Shown here: positions 50,737-64,000 of the stretch, in pieces
Layout of the letters: every line of letters starts with the position of its first letter
How positions within the stretch are numbered: the first letter of the stretch is position 1
Source: the human T2T-CHM13v2.0 reference genome, Homo sapiens
Strand: one strand, 5' to 3'
DNA: 64,000 bases
NCBI RefSeq assembly: GCF_009914755.1
Contig: NC_060926.1
Translations under genes and position numbers: made by a program
The notes under the pieces: model-generated
Databases searched by the model: none
Seen by the model: the letters and a program-made list of their open reading frames with translations, nothing else
Told to the model about the DNA's origin: nothing

Positions 50737-51364
50737 TAGAATGACTGAACACACACCTGGAAATAGCTATGTACCATTCGGTATATAGACTTCTGCTTAA
50801 CTAAAGGCTGCACTCTTTGCACTAGAGACCAACTTCCTTTTCCTGGCAACTCATGGCTATCTTGGTTCCCTGGATCTTCTTCTGCTAGTTCTTGGCTGCT
50901 CATATTTTTTGCCATATATGATAGGATGCCCAATTTGTGGTTCAAGCTCAGGTCTTTTCTGCTAGATCTTGGTTCTTAGTTTCTTGAGTACTGAATCTTA
51001 CTGATTCATTAGTAGGGAAAGGAGCCTATCAGTGTGAGGTTGCAGCTCCCTGTCTTGGGGAATGTTTTGCAGGATAAATTTCCCTTTTACTTAAGGTAAG
51101 ACAAGGAGAGTTCCTTCCGTGTTGCACTCTTAACTGAAAGTGGATTTTGCCATTGCTCAGAAATATAGACCTTTGTGATTACTTAAGTGCAACACCATGA
51201 AGCAATGCCCCAAAGTCTCAGCCAACACCACAGCCCCCTCCAACAAGCCAGCAGCAGACATTTGCACATTAGCTGCTCACTATATGTGTGCTAATTTTAT
51301 TTTTATATGAACACTTTAGTTATGAATAGAGTCCGATGCTATCTATCTTCTCTGTTCATCATTT

Positions 51365-51549
51365 CTCAAATATTGGAAGTATTCTATATCTGCACTGCCC
51401 AGTATGATAGCCACTAGCCATATGTGGTTATTGAGCCCTTGAGGTGTAGCAAGTGTGGCTAAAAAACTGAATTTTAATTGAATTTATTTTAATTTGTTTA
51501 AATTTAAATAGTCACATATGGCTAGCAGCTATCATATTGGACAGCATAG
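51365..51549. mobile_element. MER3 hAT MITE
   Basis: TAGCCACTAGCCATATGTGG...CACATATGGCTAGCAGCTATCATATTGGACAGC internal palindrome. Confidence 0.85.
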
Positions 51550-53039
51550 AGAGAGACAAATATTTGAGGCAAGTGTATGTTTCTTTGGTGTTTCACAATG
51601 AGGCAATTGTAAGTTTCTCTGGTGTTTCACAACTTTTCAGTTTCTCTCTCTCTCTCTATACTTCTCTGTGTTTAAAGATCTCCTGCTCTGTATTCCAATA
51701 TTTGAGGCCTGGTTGCCTGGTGGCCGTCTTTTCCATTGCTATACATTACTTCCTATCTAGCGTTTCTCTTGCCAATTTCTTTCTGTCCAGACATAAATGT
51801 TCCCTGTCTCTCATCTCATTCCTATGGCTCCTCTGGATGTTGCAACTGAAGAATTGGTTATTTGATAATGCCTAGAACTGACAGATAGTTTCAACAAAAA
51901 TACTGAACAGTGTTACCAAAATGTACTAACCAATTAGACAAATGTAGCTGACATTGAGGTAATTTACTCCACATCCTACCTTTTATATCAGATAGTAAAG
52001 CTTTTATAATCAATCATGTATTTTAAAATAACTGTTTACTTCGCACATACAAGTGAAAACTATATTTAGAAATATACAAAGTTTATTTCTATTTGACTTT
52101 GTATTTCCAGATCATCATGTTTGCTTCCCAAGGAATTTCAGTGCTAAATTCTATCTGACCATCTTTATCTAATATGGCTGGTCCTTATTAAAGGACCAAC
52201 ACAAGCACCATTTGTAAAAAAATTCACTGTGGTTAAGAATTTGAGTCTGTGCTATTGGAAACAAACAATTACATTGAGGTACAAGTAATTGTACCCAAGT
52301 GACAGATTGGGAAAGCACATAGTATTGGCAGAGAGAATGAGTTAAAATACATGCCCATAAGCCACACTGAAATGTGCTAATGTTATTCCACTCTCTGACT
52401 ATCACTGAACACCTGGAAGTAACTTAATGTCTCATTGGAAAAGAGCTCAAAGAAACCCCAGGAGATCTTTCAAACCATCTAGAAAACACGTGTGGATATT
52501 AAACAATCACTTATGAAAAAAATCGTGCCCAAATTTTTGCTTATACCTGTAAAGAAAGTTTTGGGAAATCCAAACCAGGTTGGGAATGTGACAGGATGGG
52601 AAGTCTTTTAAATACAGACAGCTGAAGGTGAACATTTTGAAGTCCTCACATTTTTGACCAGCTTGAGACCTGAAAGTAGCTCCATTGTGCCTTCTCCCAC
52701 CACCCCTTACCACATAATCATAAACAGCACCCAGACATTTCTTTTTGAAAGACAGAAATCAGATTTAGCAATCAGCTCCTCACAAGTCATCATCTCCTCC
52801 TCTTCCTCCTCTTCATCCAGTGTGCCAGGCAGGCACTGTGAATTCTTACAGTGAGCTGGGCACTGTGCTAGGCATGTGACCTCATTAGATACACTTTTAC
52901 AGAGGAAAGAGAGGGTAATGCAATGACCAACTCAGCTAGGATGTAATGAAGCATTTATATCCTAAATATGATTTTCACCACAGTTTCCTTGCTTGAAAAA
53001 AGAAATTGAAAAAGTACATGTCTACATGCCCCTTCTTGC

Positions 53040-53300
53040 CTTTTCTCTGCCTGAAATCACTCATTTTGCTCTTGTTTTAAAGACTAGCTCCAATGCTCCC
53101 TCTTGGTTCCATCTGTCATGATAGAGTCCTCGCTGGGCACTGTGTACGCCCCTGTTCTGTGGCACCTACCCATGTCTGCCCTGGCACGGGCCAGTCCTTT
53201 ACATCGTGAGCTCCCCAAGCATGGGGACCAGTGCTGACTCATCTTTGTATCTTACAACCCAACACAGTTGCCAAAGATGGACACTTGATAGAAGTCAGGG
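53040..53300 (+). mobile_element. L2 3' fragment
   Basis: GTGAGCTCCCCAAGCATGGGGACCAGTG...TCATCTTTGTATC. Confidence 0.65.
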
Positions 53301-53599
53301 CAATTGGCTCTCAAAGGCAGCATATTTTCAGATTCTTGCAGGTACAGCTTCCGGAGTACTAAGCTACAATGTGTGTTTTGTTTGTTTTCTACATGCACTC
53401 TGTAATGAGCGGTGACTGCAACCAGCTTAGTGACTCATAAGAGTGCTTATTAATGTTTTGGAATCATGAGCCCAGTGTTAAACACAGCCATTTTTAGAAT
53501 TTAATTTGCATAAACTTATAATTAAATACATTTTATTTTAAAACAAAGGTAATCAATACTACAAAGTTATCACTTCCTACCTATCTCTGCTCTTGAGAT

Positions 53600-53790
53600 T
53601 ACTCACATCTATTGCAAGCATGGTGGAAATGCAATACAATGACATAATTCTGCACATCCCATCCCACTCTGCATTTAGTGATGTCATGTTAGTAACATGA
53701 CACCATCCATGGTTGGCATATGTGTCCCACAGAAATGGACAAGACTACAAATCAGAGACCCCCTCATGCCCAGTGACTGGCACACTACCA
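53600..53790. mobile_element. hAT non-autonomous element (MER63-like)
   Basis: AGTGATGTCATGTTAGTA...CCATGGT...CACAGAAATGG...CTACAAATCAG. Confidence 0.5.
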
Positions 53791-55589
53791 ACTTATTCTG
53801 AACCCAATTCTTCCTTATCCAGATTGAGTACTTTCATTTTCAGATCTTCCATTTAACTAAATATTTCAACAGTATGTTTCCTGCATGCAGATTGTTAAGT
53901 TGAAAGATTAAAAATACAGAAAAATGCATTTTAGAACTAAGAGACATTGAAGCCATTATCTTTTTGTACTGGTTGAGAAGTCTGTATCGCATCTTGCAAC
54001 ACCACAAGATCATGACAAGGGATCTAATTCTGATTATTCAATCTAGGAAAATAATCTCTGTCCTTTGAGCTCTCAGGTTCTTAAGGTTGAGGAAGACAGG
54101 ATTTCTTATAATTTTGCATCAGAGTACAAAATGAATAAAATACAGAACCTGTCAGCTGAATCACTATACTGAATACCTTTTTAAGCAACAAATGCTTTCA
54201 CCCGGCATTTGGTGATTGAATATACAATCAAGATGAAGCAGTAAAAAGGCCAGTACGCTACCTCATGGGATTCTCTTCTGTCTCTAGTTTATTCTCCATC
54301 TTTTCCTCCCCTCTGCCTCCTATAATGTCTTTTCTCTCTCTGTTTAAGGATACCTTGCTCTGAAATTTCTTACGTTGAATAGTAAAGCAGATAGTTCTAA
54401 GAGAAGATTATTTGCTGTAATGCACTTAAAAAGCTTGTTTGGGGTTATTTGGGGGTAAAGCAAGGTACCTTAAAAACAGTCTCGTTTTCTTTCTAAAAAT
54501 TGAATAAAATTGAAGATCCCAAGAGTTGCTATTGCCTGTGGTCACTTTGGCTCATTTATGATTTTTCCTTAAATAATTTCCATTTCTTCTCTATCTCACC
54601 TTTTCAGCAATATTTTTTCCCTCTTAAAATCTGCTTACTTCAGTTTAGTGTGACCCAATTTGGACTGATGACCTGGAGGGGAATTTTATGAACATCGTTT
54701 ACTGTAAATAAAGGTCAGGGAGAGAAGTATGGTTTATGTAACTGGCTTTTTAAATGAAGTAAAAATTGGATTATTTTCTCAAAGGTGAATCCACTCAACA
54801 GGCCTGGAAACTTTTAGTTAAAAATAGTATATTGATCAAGTGTCTTTCTTTGCAGTGGAGCAGAGAAGAAAATGTTAGTAAATAAAAGTTTTATTTTTCT
54901 GTCTCCATGCTTTTCTTTCCACGAAAATATCCATTCATTTAGTTCCCCATAAAATCACTTACTACTGAACAATTCAAAAGTGCTATATTCCACAGATGTG
55001 TCCTTTGAGCAAATTTTATAGGGTTTTTTGTTGTTGTTGTTGTCGTATGTGGCCAGCACAAAGGATTATTTCTCAAGCTTTAAGGAAAAGAGTCAGGTAG
55101 GTGTCTCAAAAGGAAGGGAATGGCCTCAAGTAAAATCGATGTTCTGGGAAAGTTGGGAGAGTCCAACACTCAAGAGAAGCTAGCTGGGCACCCCTCTCAC
55201 ACATGAGATACTGTTCCCCAAAGCCTGAGCCTCTTTTGGAAGGTTGAGGGTTGGCTGTGGCTTCAAAGTCTAATGCTAAGCCGAAGGACTTGGTCATTCT
55301 ACTCCATCAGCTTCAGTGTATGATGAGAATCCATGTTTTATTGCCTTAAATTGTTTAGAAACACATGAGAAGAGTTTCGTGACTATTAGATAAGAAGAGA
55401 GTTTCTGCATAAAGTGAGGGAGTGTGAACCAGCTGGTGCCTCTGGCCTTTCCACAAATATTCCTACAATATCGACATTTAGGACAGACAGTAGAGAGACA
55501 GAGAGTAATATTGGGAGAGTGAAGACTCATCAGGCAATGTTTTACTTATGACAGTGCATTTACGAGCATGAGGCAAACTGGTAAGGTGG

Positions 55590-55790
55590 AAACAAAAACA
55601 CCTGAGTTTCAGTCCATTGTCTGAGTTGGGGTATTGTCTCTGCCTGGAGACCTTCAGCAAATCACACACTCTCACTAAGCCTCAGTATCAATATCTGCAA
55701 AGTGAGGGTGACAGCTCTCTGACCTCCACCAGAAGCCTGATGAGAGGAAGTGCATGGAAATTCTTTGTTAACAGTAAAGAGCTCTATAAT
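55590..55790 (+). mobile_element. MIR
   Basis: CTAAGCCTCAGTATCAATATCTGCAAAGTGAGGGTG. Confidence 0.7.
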
Positions 55791-57285
55791 CTGAAGGTGT
55801 TATCAAAGCTTTGGAATTCATCCTCTAGAGGTGTACTACAGGGAAGAAAATAAAATGGAGTCTGGAGGGGCTTGAGAAATATTACGTTCCTCCCATGATT
55901 TCCTTTGTGTAACTGGATAGTTACTCTTGGCAGTGGCAATTTTACTGAAACAAGACCAACTAAAAAGTCTTCAGGAACTTAGCAAGCTCAATAGCCACCA
56001 GGGGCGGGGATGAAGGGAACTGGCCCTAGAGGACTCTGCCATGAAATTAAGATGCTGCGATGTGTGTAAATTATCGATGCCATGAAAAGTGCCTTCTGGC
56101 TCCACCCTGTAAAATGAGAGCTTAGGCAGGGCAGACAGGAAGGCAATGTCCTAAAAGAGACCTGCATTTTTCTTTAGGCTGTGCAGAGCAGAGAACAGAC
56201 CAAGACCCCACTCCTACAGCAGGGAGGAAGGAGAGCAGCCGCCAGCCACTACCTGGAGCAGCACTGGGGGTGTTCTCTCTAAAATTTACTCCCAACTAAC
56301 TTAGCCCAGATGGGATCTTGGGAAATTGAGAGGTAATTGCCTTCATATTCATCTTGAGTGCATTTTTATTATCCCTTTCCTCAGAGGATTATCAGGGAAA
56401 GAAAGCAACAAAGCTATTTTCTGGAAAAATAAGAGATGCACATCTTCTCAGGTGATGAGTGTTTTTTCGACAGAGAGATATTTTGATAGAAAAATATCCA
56501 GTGCAACCCAGGGGGATGTTTAGATGGTAGAGCCCCCGCTGTGGTCTGAGCTGCATGTGCTGAGTGTCTGGAAGGCCGGGCCATGTCAGTTTCCAGTGAG
56601 TAAAGCAAAAAAGTGAGCAGCACGCCACACTGTATGGCGAGCACTCAGAGGGAATAAGCATTTTTCACGTGGGCATTGCCTATTTCCACTGGGACAGCTC
56701 CTGTGAGAGCAGCTTCTGACTAGCCACAGACACTCACTGTCTGCATTTCAACACTGCCCAGGACTTGGGGAAAGTGGATTTCCCATTTTTATTTTTAACA
56801 CTGCACCTATTTTCTTGATCCCAAGCTAAGCTTTATAAAGTAATGATGTGGATGACTATTTTGACAAACGTCAATTAAACTACTGCAGGTAATGGCCACA
56901 GGAGATTCAGCCATCAACACATGCTGTCTGCCCCGCCTTCTGCCCACTTTCTCTGCTAAATGATTGTTAAATGTCGTAAAGGTGGCCAGCTGTGCCCTGT
57001 TCTGTGGATGAGAATACTGAGCTAGAAAGACCATTTTAAGGAACATCCACTTGAAAGATTTCTCCAGAATGCCAACAACAGGAGAGCTCATGGATCTCTG
57101 GTATGTCACCTAAGCCAAAGCAAAAAGAAGAAAATGGAGGTTCTGTGGTCCCCTGTGTCCAAGAGAGAGATTTCACACACATGTAGGGCACACATGCACA
57201 CACATACACACACAAGCACATGCTGACACTTTCTATACACAACTTCCTAAATCTCAAACTTAACTTTGCTAAAAAAGAGAGGGAG

Positions 57286-57586
<301 letters not shown>

Positions 57587-57999
57587 GAGCATATGAGTTG
57601 TGAAGTATTTAGTATAATATTTAGGTTAATTCATAGTTTCTACAGTAATAATTCATAATTCAAGCATATGTTGATTTTCTTTCTCTATTTTTTAAATCAT
57701 AATTTCTTGATTTCCTGTCCACACTAAGGGAAGGCTGTCAGTCTGCAGTTAAGCCTGACCGGCTCCTCCTGGCTTTCTCTATGAAACTACTCTTCAGACA
57801 GTTGTCTGTAAATGACCTTCCAAACCTTAACATAAGGCCTTTGTTGGAGCTTTGGAGAAGAGAGGAGGGCAGGCAAGAATCTCTTAGTCAACTTCCCTCC
57901 CTCCCTGGACTCGTCCTTCTTGATCTAATACCATTTAAATTACGGTGACATCTCATTCTAAATGAGTTTTCAGAAACCAAATTTTAATCAATTAAGGGG

Positions 58000-59445
58000 C
58001 ATTGCATTCTTAACCTTCTATTGAAGTGTATTGTATGTAGAAAAAATTGCACATGGTATAAATAAATATTCACAAATGCAATGTGCCCATGTAAACAACA
58101 GCTGATCAAGAAACAGAGTATTACCAGAAACTTCAGACTCCCTCTTTTCACTTCTAGGGACCATTTCCCACCCAGGGAAACCACAATTCTGACTTCAAAA
58201 AGTTTAGATTAACTTTATTTGTTATAACTTTTTTGAATGTTTGTAGTCTAGTTTGTCTGGCTTCTTTCACTTAATACTGTTCATGAGATTCACCCATGTT
58301 GTTTTTATTCACATTGCATTACAGTATTCAATTGAGTGGATATACCACAATCTGTCCATCCAATGAACTCCTGATGTCTACTTGGACAATTTCCAGTTTC
58401 TAGCTATTAATAGTTATAGCACGAATATGTCTGCACATGTCTTTTGATGAAAACACATAAACAACTTTGGGGGCTGTTAGCCCTAAGAAGGGGATGACTG
58501 CATCATGGAGTGTGCAGGAGATCAGCCTTAGTAGACACTGACAAACAGATTCCAAACGAGGAATTTACTTTAGGCTGCTGGTACCCGCAGTGCCTGAGAG
58601 TTCCAGCCACATCCTTAAACAACATTTAATATTTTTTGTCTTTTTCATTTTAGTGGCATCACATGATAGTTTTAATTCCCATTTCACTAATGACAAAGGA
58701 AATTCAGCATCTTTTCATAGGTCTACTGTCTATTTGGGTTTACTATTTCTTATTGATTTGTAGGCGTTCTTTATATATTGTGGGTGTGAGGCCTCTGTCA
58801 AATATATGTGGCTCACCCTATCATTCTCCCTATAATGGCTTCTGATGAACAAAGTCATTTATATTAATGTAATCCAATTTATTATATTTATGTATATTTT
58901 TGTTTTGTTTTATTATGTGTTTTTCTTTTGTTTTAGCCATAGGGTCTTGTTCTGTCATCCAGGCTCGAGTGCAGTGGTGTCCTCAGAGCTTACTGCAATC
59001 TTGAACTCCTGGACTCAAGTGATCCTCCTGCCTCAGCCTTTCAGGTAGCTAGGATTACAGGCATGTACCACTATACCCGGCTCATTTTGTTTTTTAGAGA
59101 TGGAGTCTCCCTGTGTTGCCCAGGCTGGGCTTGAACTCCTGGGCTCAAGCAATTTTCCCACCTCAGCCTCCTGAGTAGCTAGGATTGCAGGCTATTTTCT
59201 TTTTACGGTTTGTACTTCTTGTATCCAATTAAGTAATTTTTATCTTTTTTGAGTTCAAGAAGATCTCCTAAGGTTTCTTCTGAAAGCTGTATTTTTTTCT
59301 TCGTATTTGCATCTGCCATTGATTTTTGTGTATGCTGTGAGGTACTAGTAGAGATTACTAGATTCTCCATAGAAATCTGCAATTAACCCAGCATCTTTTA
59401 GAAATCATCATTCTCCTCCTATTGTGATACAGTGTCATCCCACAC
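58000..59445 (-). mobile_element. L1ME-like 3' end with an inserted AluJ (58925-59192)
   Basis: GTCTGGCTTCTTTCACTTAAT...GAGATTCACCCATGTTG; Alu blocks GAACTCCTGGACTCAAGTGATCCTCC. Confidence 0.8.
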
Positions 59446-59809
59446 ATTTCTTATAAATTATTCTTTTAAAGAAAATATATAGAAAAAGTATCACATAGTT
59501 CCTTGCTTTTTCGAACAAAAATAACTGAGCCTAATTAAATCATTTCTTTATAACTCAGGTTCAATATTTATCAGTTAAAGTTTATAGCTCCCTAAGACGT
59601 ATTGAAATATATACAGTTATCTGTAACTACACAAAATGGTCCCATATTGCTATTTTAAAATTTGTTAATCATTTTTCATAGTTTTTACTAATTACTGTCT
59701 TGAGCATACTCATCGGGACTCCAAGTGACAATTCCTGCTTCTAGAAGCACCAATCTAGCCATTCTAACATGCTGCTTCTAATTTTATGTGGACTGAAAAT
59801 CAGATGTGG

Positions 59810-60190
59810 AAGGTCAGGTGTTCCAGGCCCAGACACAGAGCTGTGTGTGTAGGGATCTCATTGAGGAGTGCTGTTGGGTCAAAACTCTGGGGACGGGGAG
59901 GCAGCTGGGGGGCAGAGCAAGAAGCTCGGTGTAATTCTAACCACATCAGGGCCTTCAGAGGTTCCTACAGGAAGTGCTGGTGAGGGTTACCTCTAGTTGG
60001 GTAGAGGGCACTGGGCCTTCACACACTCTCATCAACCCATCATGAATTCAGGCTGATCCTGAGAAGGGGGTGTGGCCTTGGGCAAGGTGCTCTAGATGTG
60101 GAAAATGCTAGTGGAGCTCTGCTGCTGCATCCACAGCACGTGGAGAAGGGGGGCTGCAGTCTAAGAAGTCTTAACAGCCCACCGTAGGAT
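59810..60190 (-). mobile_element. LTR16-like ERVL LTR
   Basis: GGGGTGTGGCCTTGGGCAAGG and related blocks. Confidence 0.55.
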
Positions 60191-61173
60191 GCCCCTCACC
60201 AGAATTCCAAGTTTCTATATGGAGTATCTAACATAAGAGTTTGTGGCAAACTGCACAAACATCTGTGCTTGAGTTTAAATTATGTAGAAGCATCTTTGTG
60301 TTGGCATTGTATTTGTGCATACCCTAGGTCTTAGCTTACATATTTTGATAATTCGTATTATGGGTATATGATTATATATGTAAATGAGATATTGGTCTGA
60401 TATCTATATTTCAGAGTAATGAGATATTATTCTTTATCTGTATTCTAATTGGTATTTTAGTTCATATAGTTAACAATGCTGATTAATTAGAGTGCTTCAT
60501 TCATTCACAGACTAAGTTTACTCCTCTAAGTATTAAATTTATCCTTAAAGGTATCCTGTGATCCTGCACATTCTTAAGGGCCTTTTATATCTCACCTTTA
60601 AATTTTGTTTTCCTTAATGCTAGAGTCTCCTGGGGTGCTCCCTGGCTCCTACCACAATCTCTGGGGCTGCAGGAGCTCGTCCATAGAAGTGACCCACAGG
60701 ACTTGTCTGGGCCACTCCTCTTCTTTCACACCAACCTCTTGCCCCAATAGGCTTATTCCTGTGGTCCATGGATAAAGTCAAAACAGGAAAAAAATGTCAA
60801 ATGAGAACATTGTCAAGGTATTTGGTGTGAGGAGGAAGAGGCGGAGGAGGTGTCTGCATGTACATGGGCACTCCAATCACATCCGCCGTGGCAAGAAGTT
60901 GGAGTCTAGGCTGGTTACAGCTTCTGCAAATGGGAATGATGGACAGGGTCAACAGCAAATTGGCCTCCCATGAGGCATTATACTAAAGATCTCACATGCA
61001 CTTCAAACATATCTTCTTAACAATTGCACTTATCCTAGTTTTACTGATGAGGACTTGCCTGGGATCATAGAGTTAGTCAGCAACACCACAAGAATTAACA
61101 GCCAGTTCAGGCTGATTTTGAAGCCTGTTTTCATCACCCTTATGTTCTGCTGTTCTCTTGGCCTCTGCTCTTA

Positions 61174-61176
<3 letters not shown>

Positions 61177-61215
<39 letters not shown>

Positions 61216-61339
61216 TACATATTCAAAAAAACACACAAACACATACATATGAATACATACATATACAAACATGCAAACACAGGCATACACACAGACACAC
61301 AGAGTTGTATAAACCTTCACACATGTGCACACACACACA
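61177..61339. repeat. (CA)n microsatellite plus degenerate CA-rich tract
   Basis: About 18 perfect CA units followed by imperfect CA/TA repeats. Confidence 0.95.
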
Positions 61340-61371
61340 GCATATTCTATTCAGTGTCTTGCTGTAATAGG

Positions 61372-64000
<2,629 letters not shown>

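Noticed and set aside
55993-56010. CTCF-like GCCACCAGGGGCGGG
   Set aside because: One G short, so the invariant GGC is out of register with the CTCF core.

Overview
Primate (human-like, catarrhine) intergenic or deep-intronic DNA, AT-rich and dominated by transposon fossils. The repeats are L1 (L1MB, L1MC, L1ME, an internally deleted L1PA8-10 nested in an L1MB, and an L1PA3/4 running off the right edge), Alu, MIR, L2, MaLR/ERVL LTRs (MLT1, MLT2A, THE1D, MER54/74-like, LTR16, LTR33/41-like) and hAT DNA transposons (a Blackjack-type transposase fossil, MER20, MER5, MER3). I recognise no intact protein-coding gene, RNA gene or CRISPR array. The long ORFs in the track are broken L1 ORF1/ORF2, Alu or LTR reading frames. 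I do not see a demonstrable new biological system. The best leads are: (1) a possible ancient ~15.6 kb inversion that split one L1M element; (2) a CpG-retaining old LTR33/41-like element with a CTCF-like motif; (3) a MER121-like element with nested inverted repeats, next to a CpG-bearing hairpin and a well-formed + strand candidate exon; (4) several templated-insertion repair scars; (5) candidate minus-strand exons and motif-dense enhancer candidates. Repeat subfamily names come from my recollection of consensus sequences. Boundaries are approximate unless a target-site duplication (TSD) is given.
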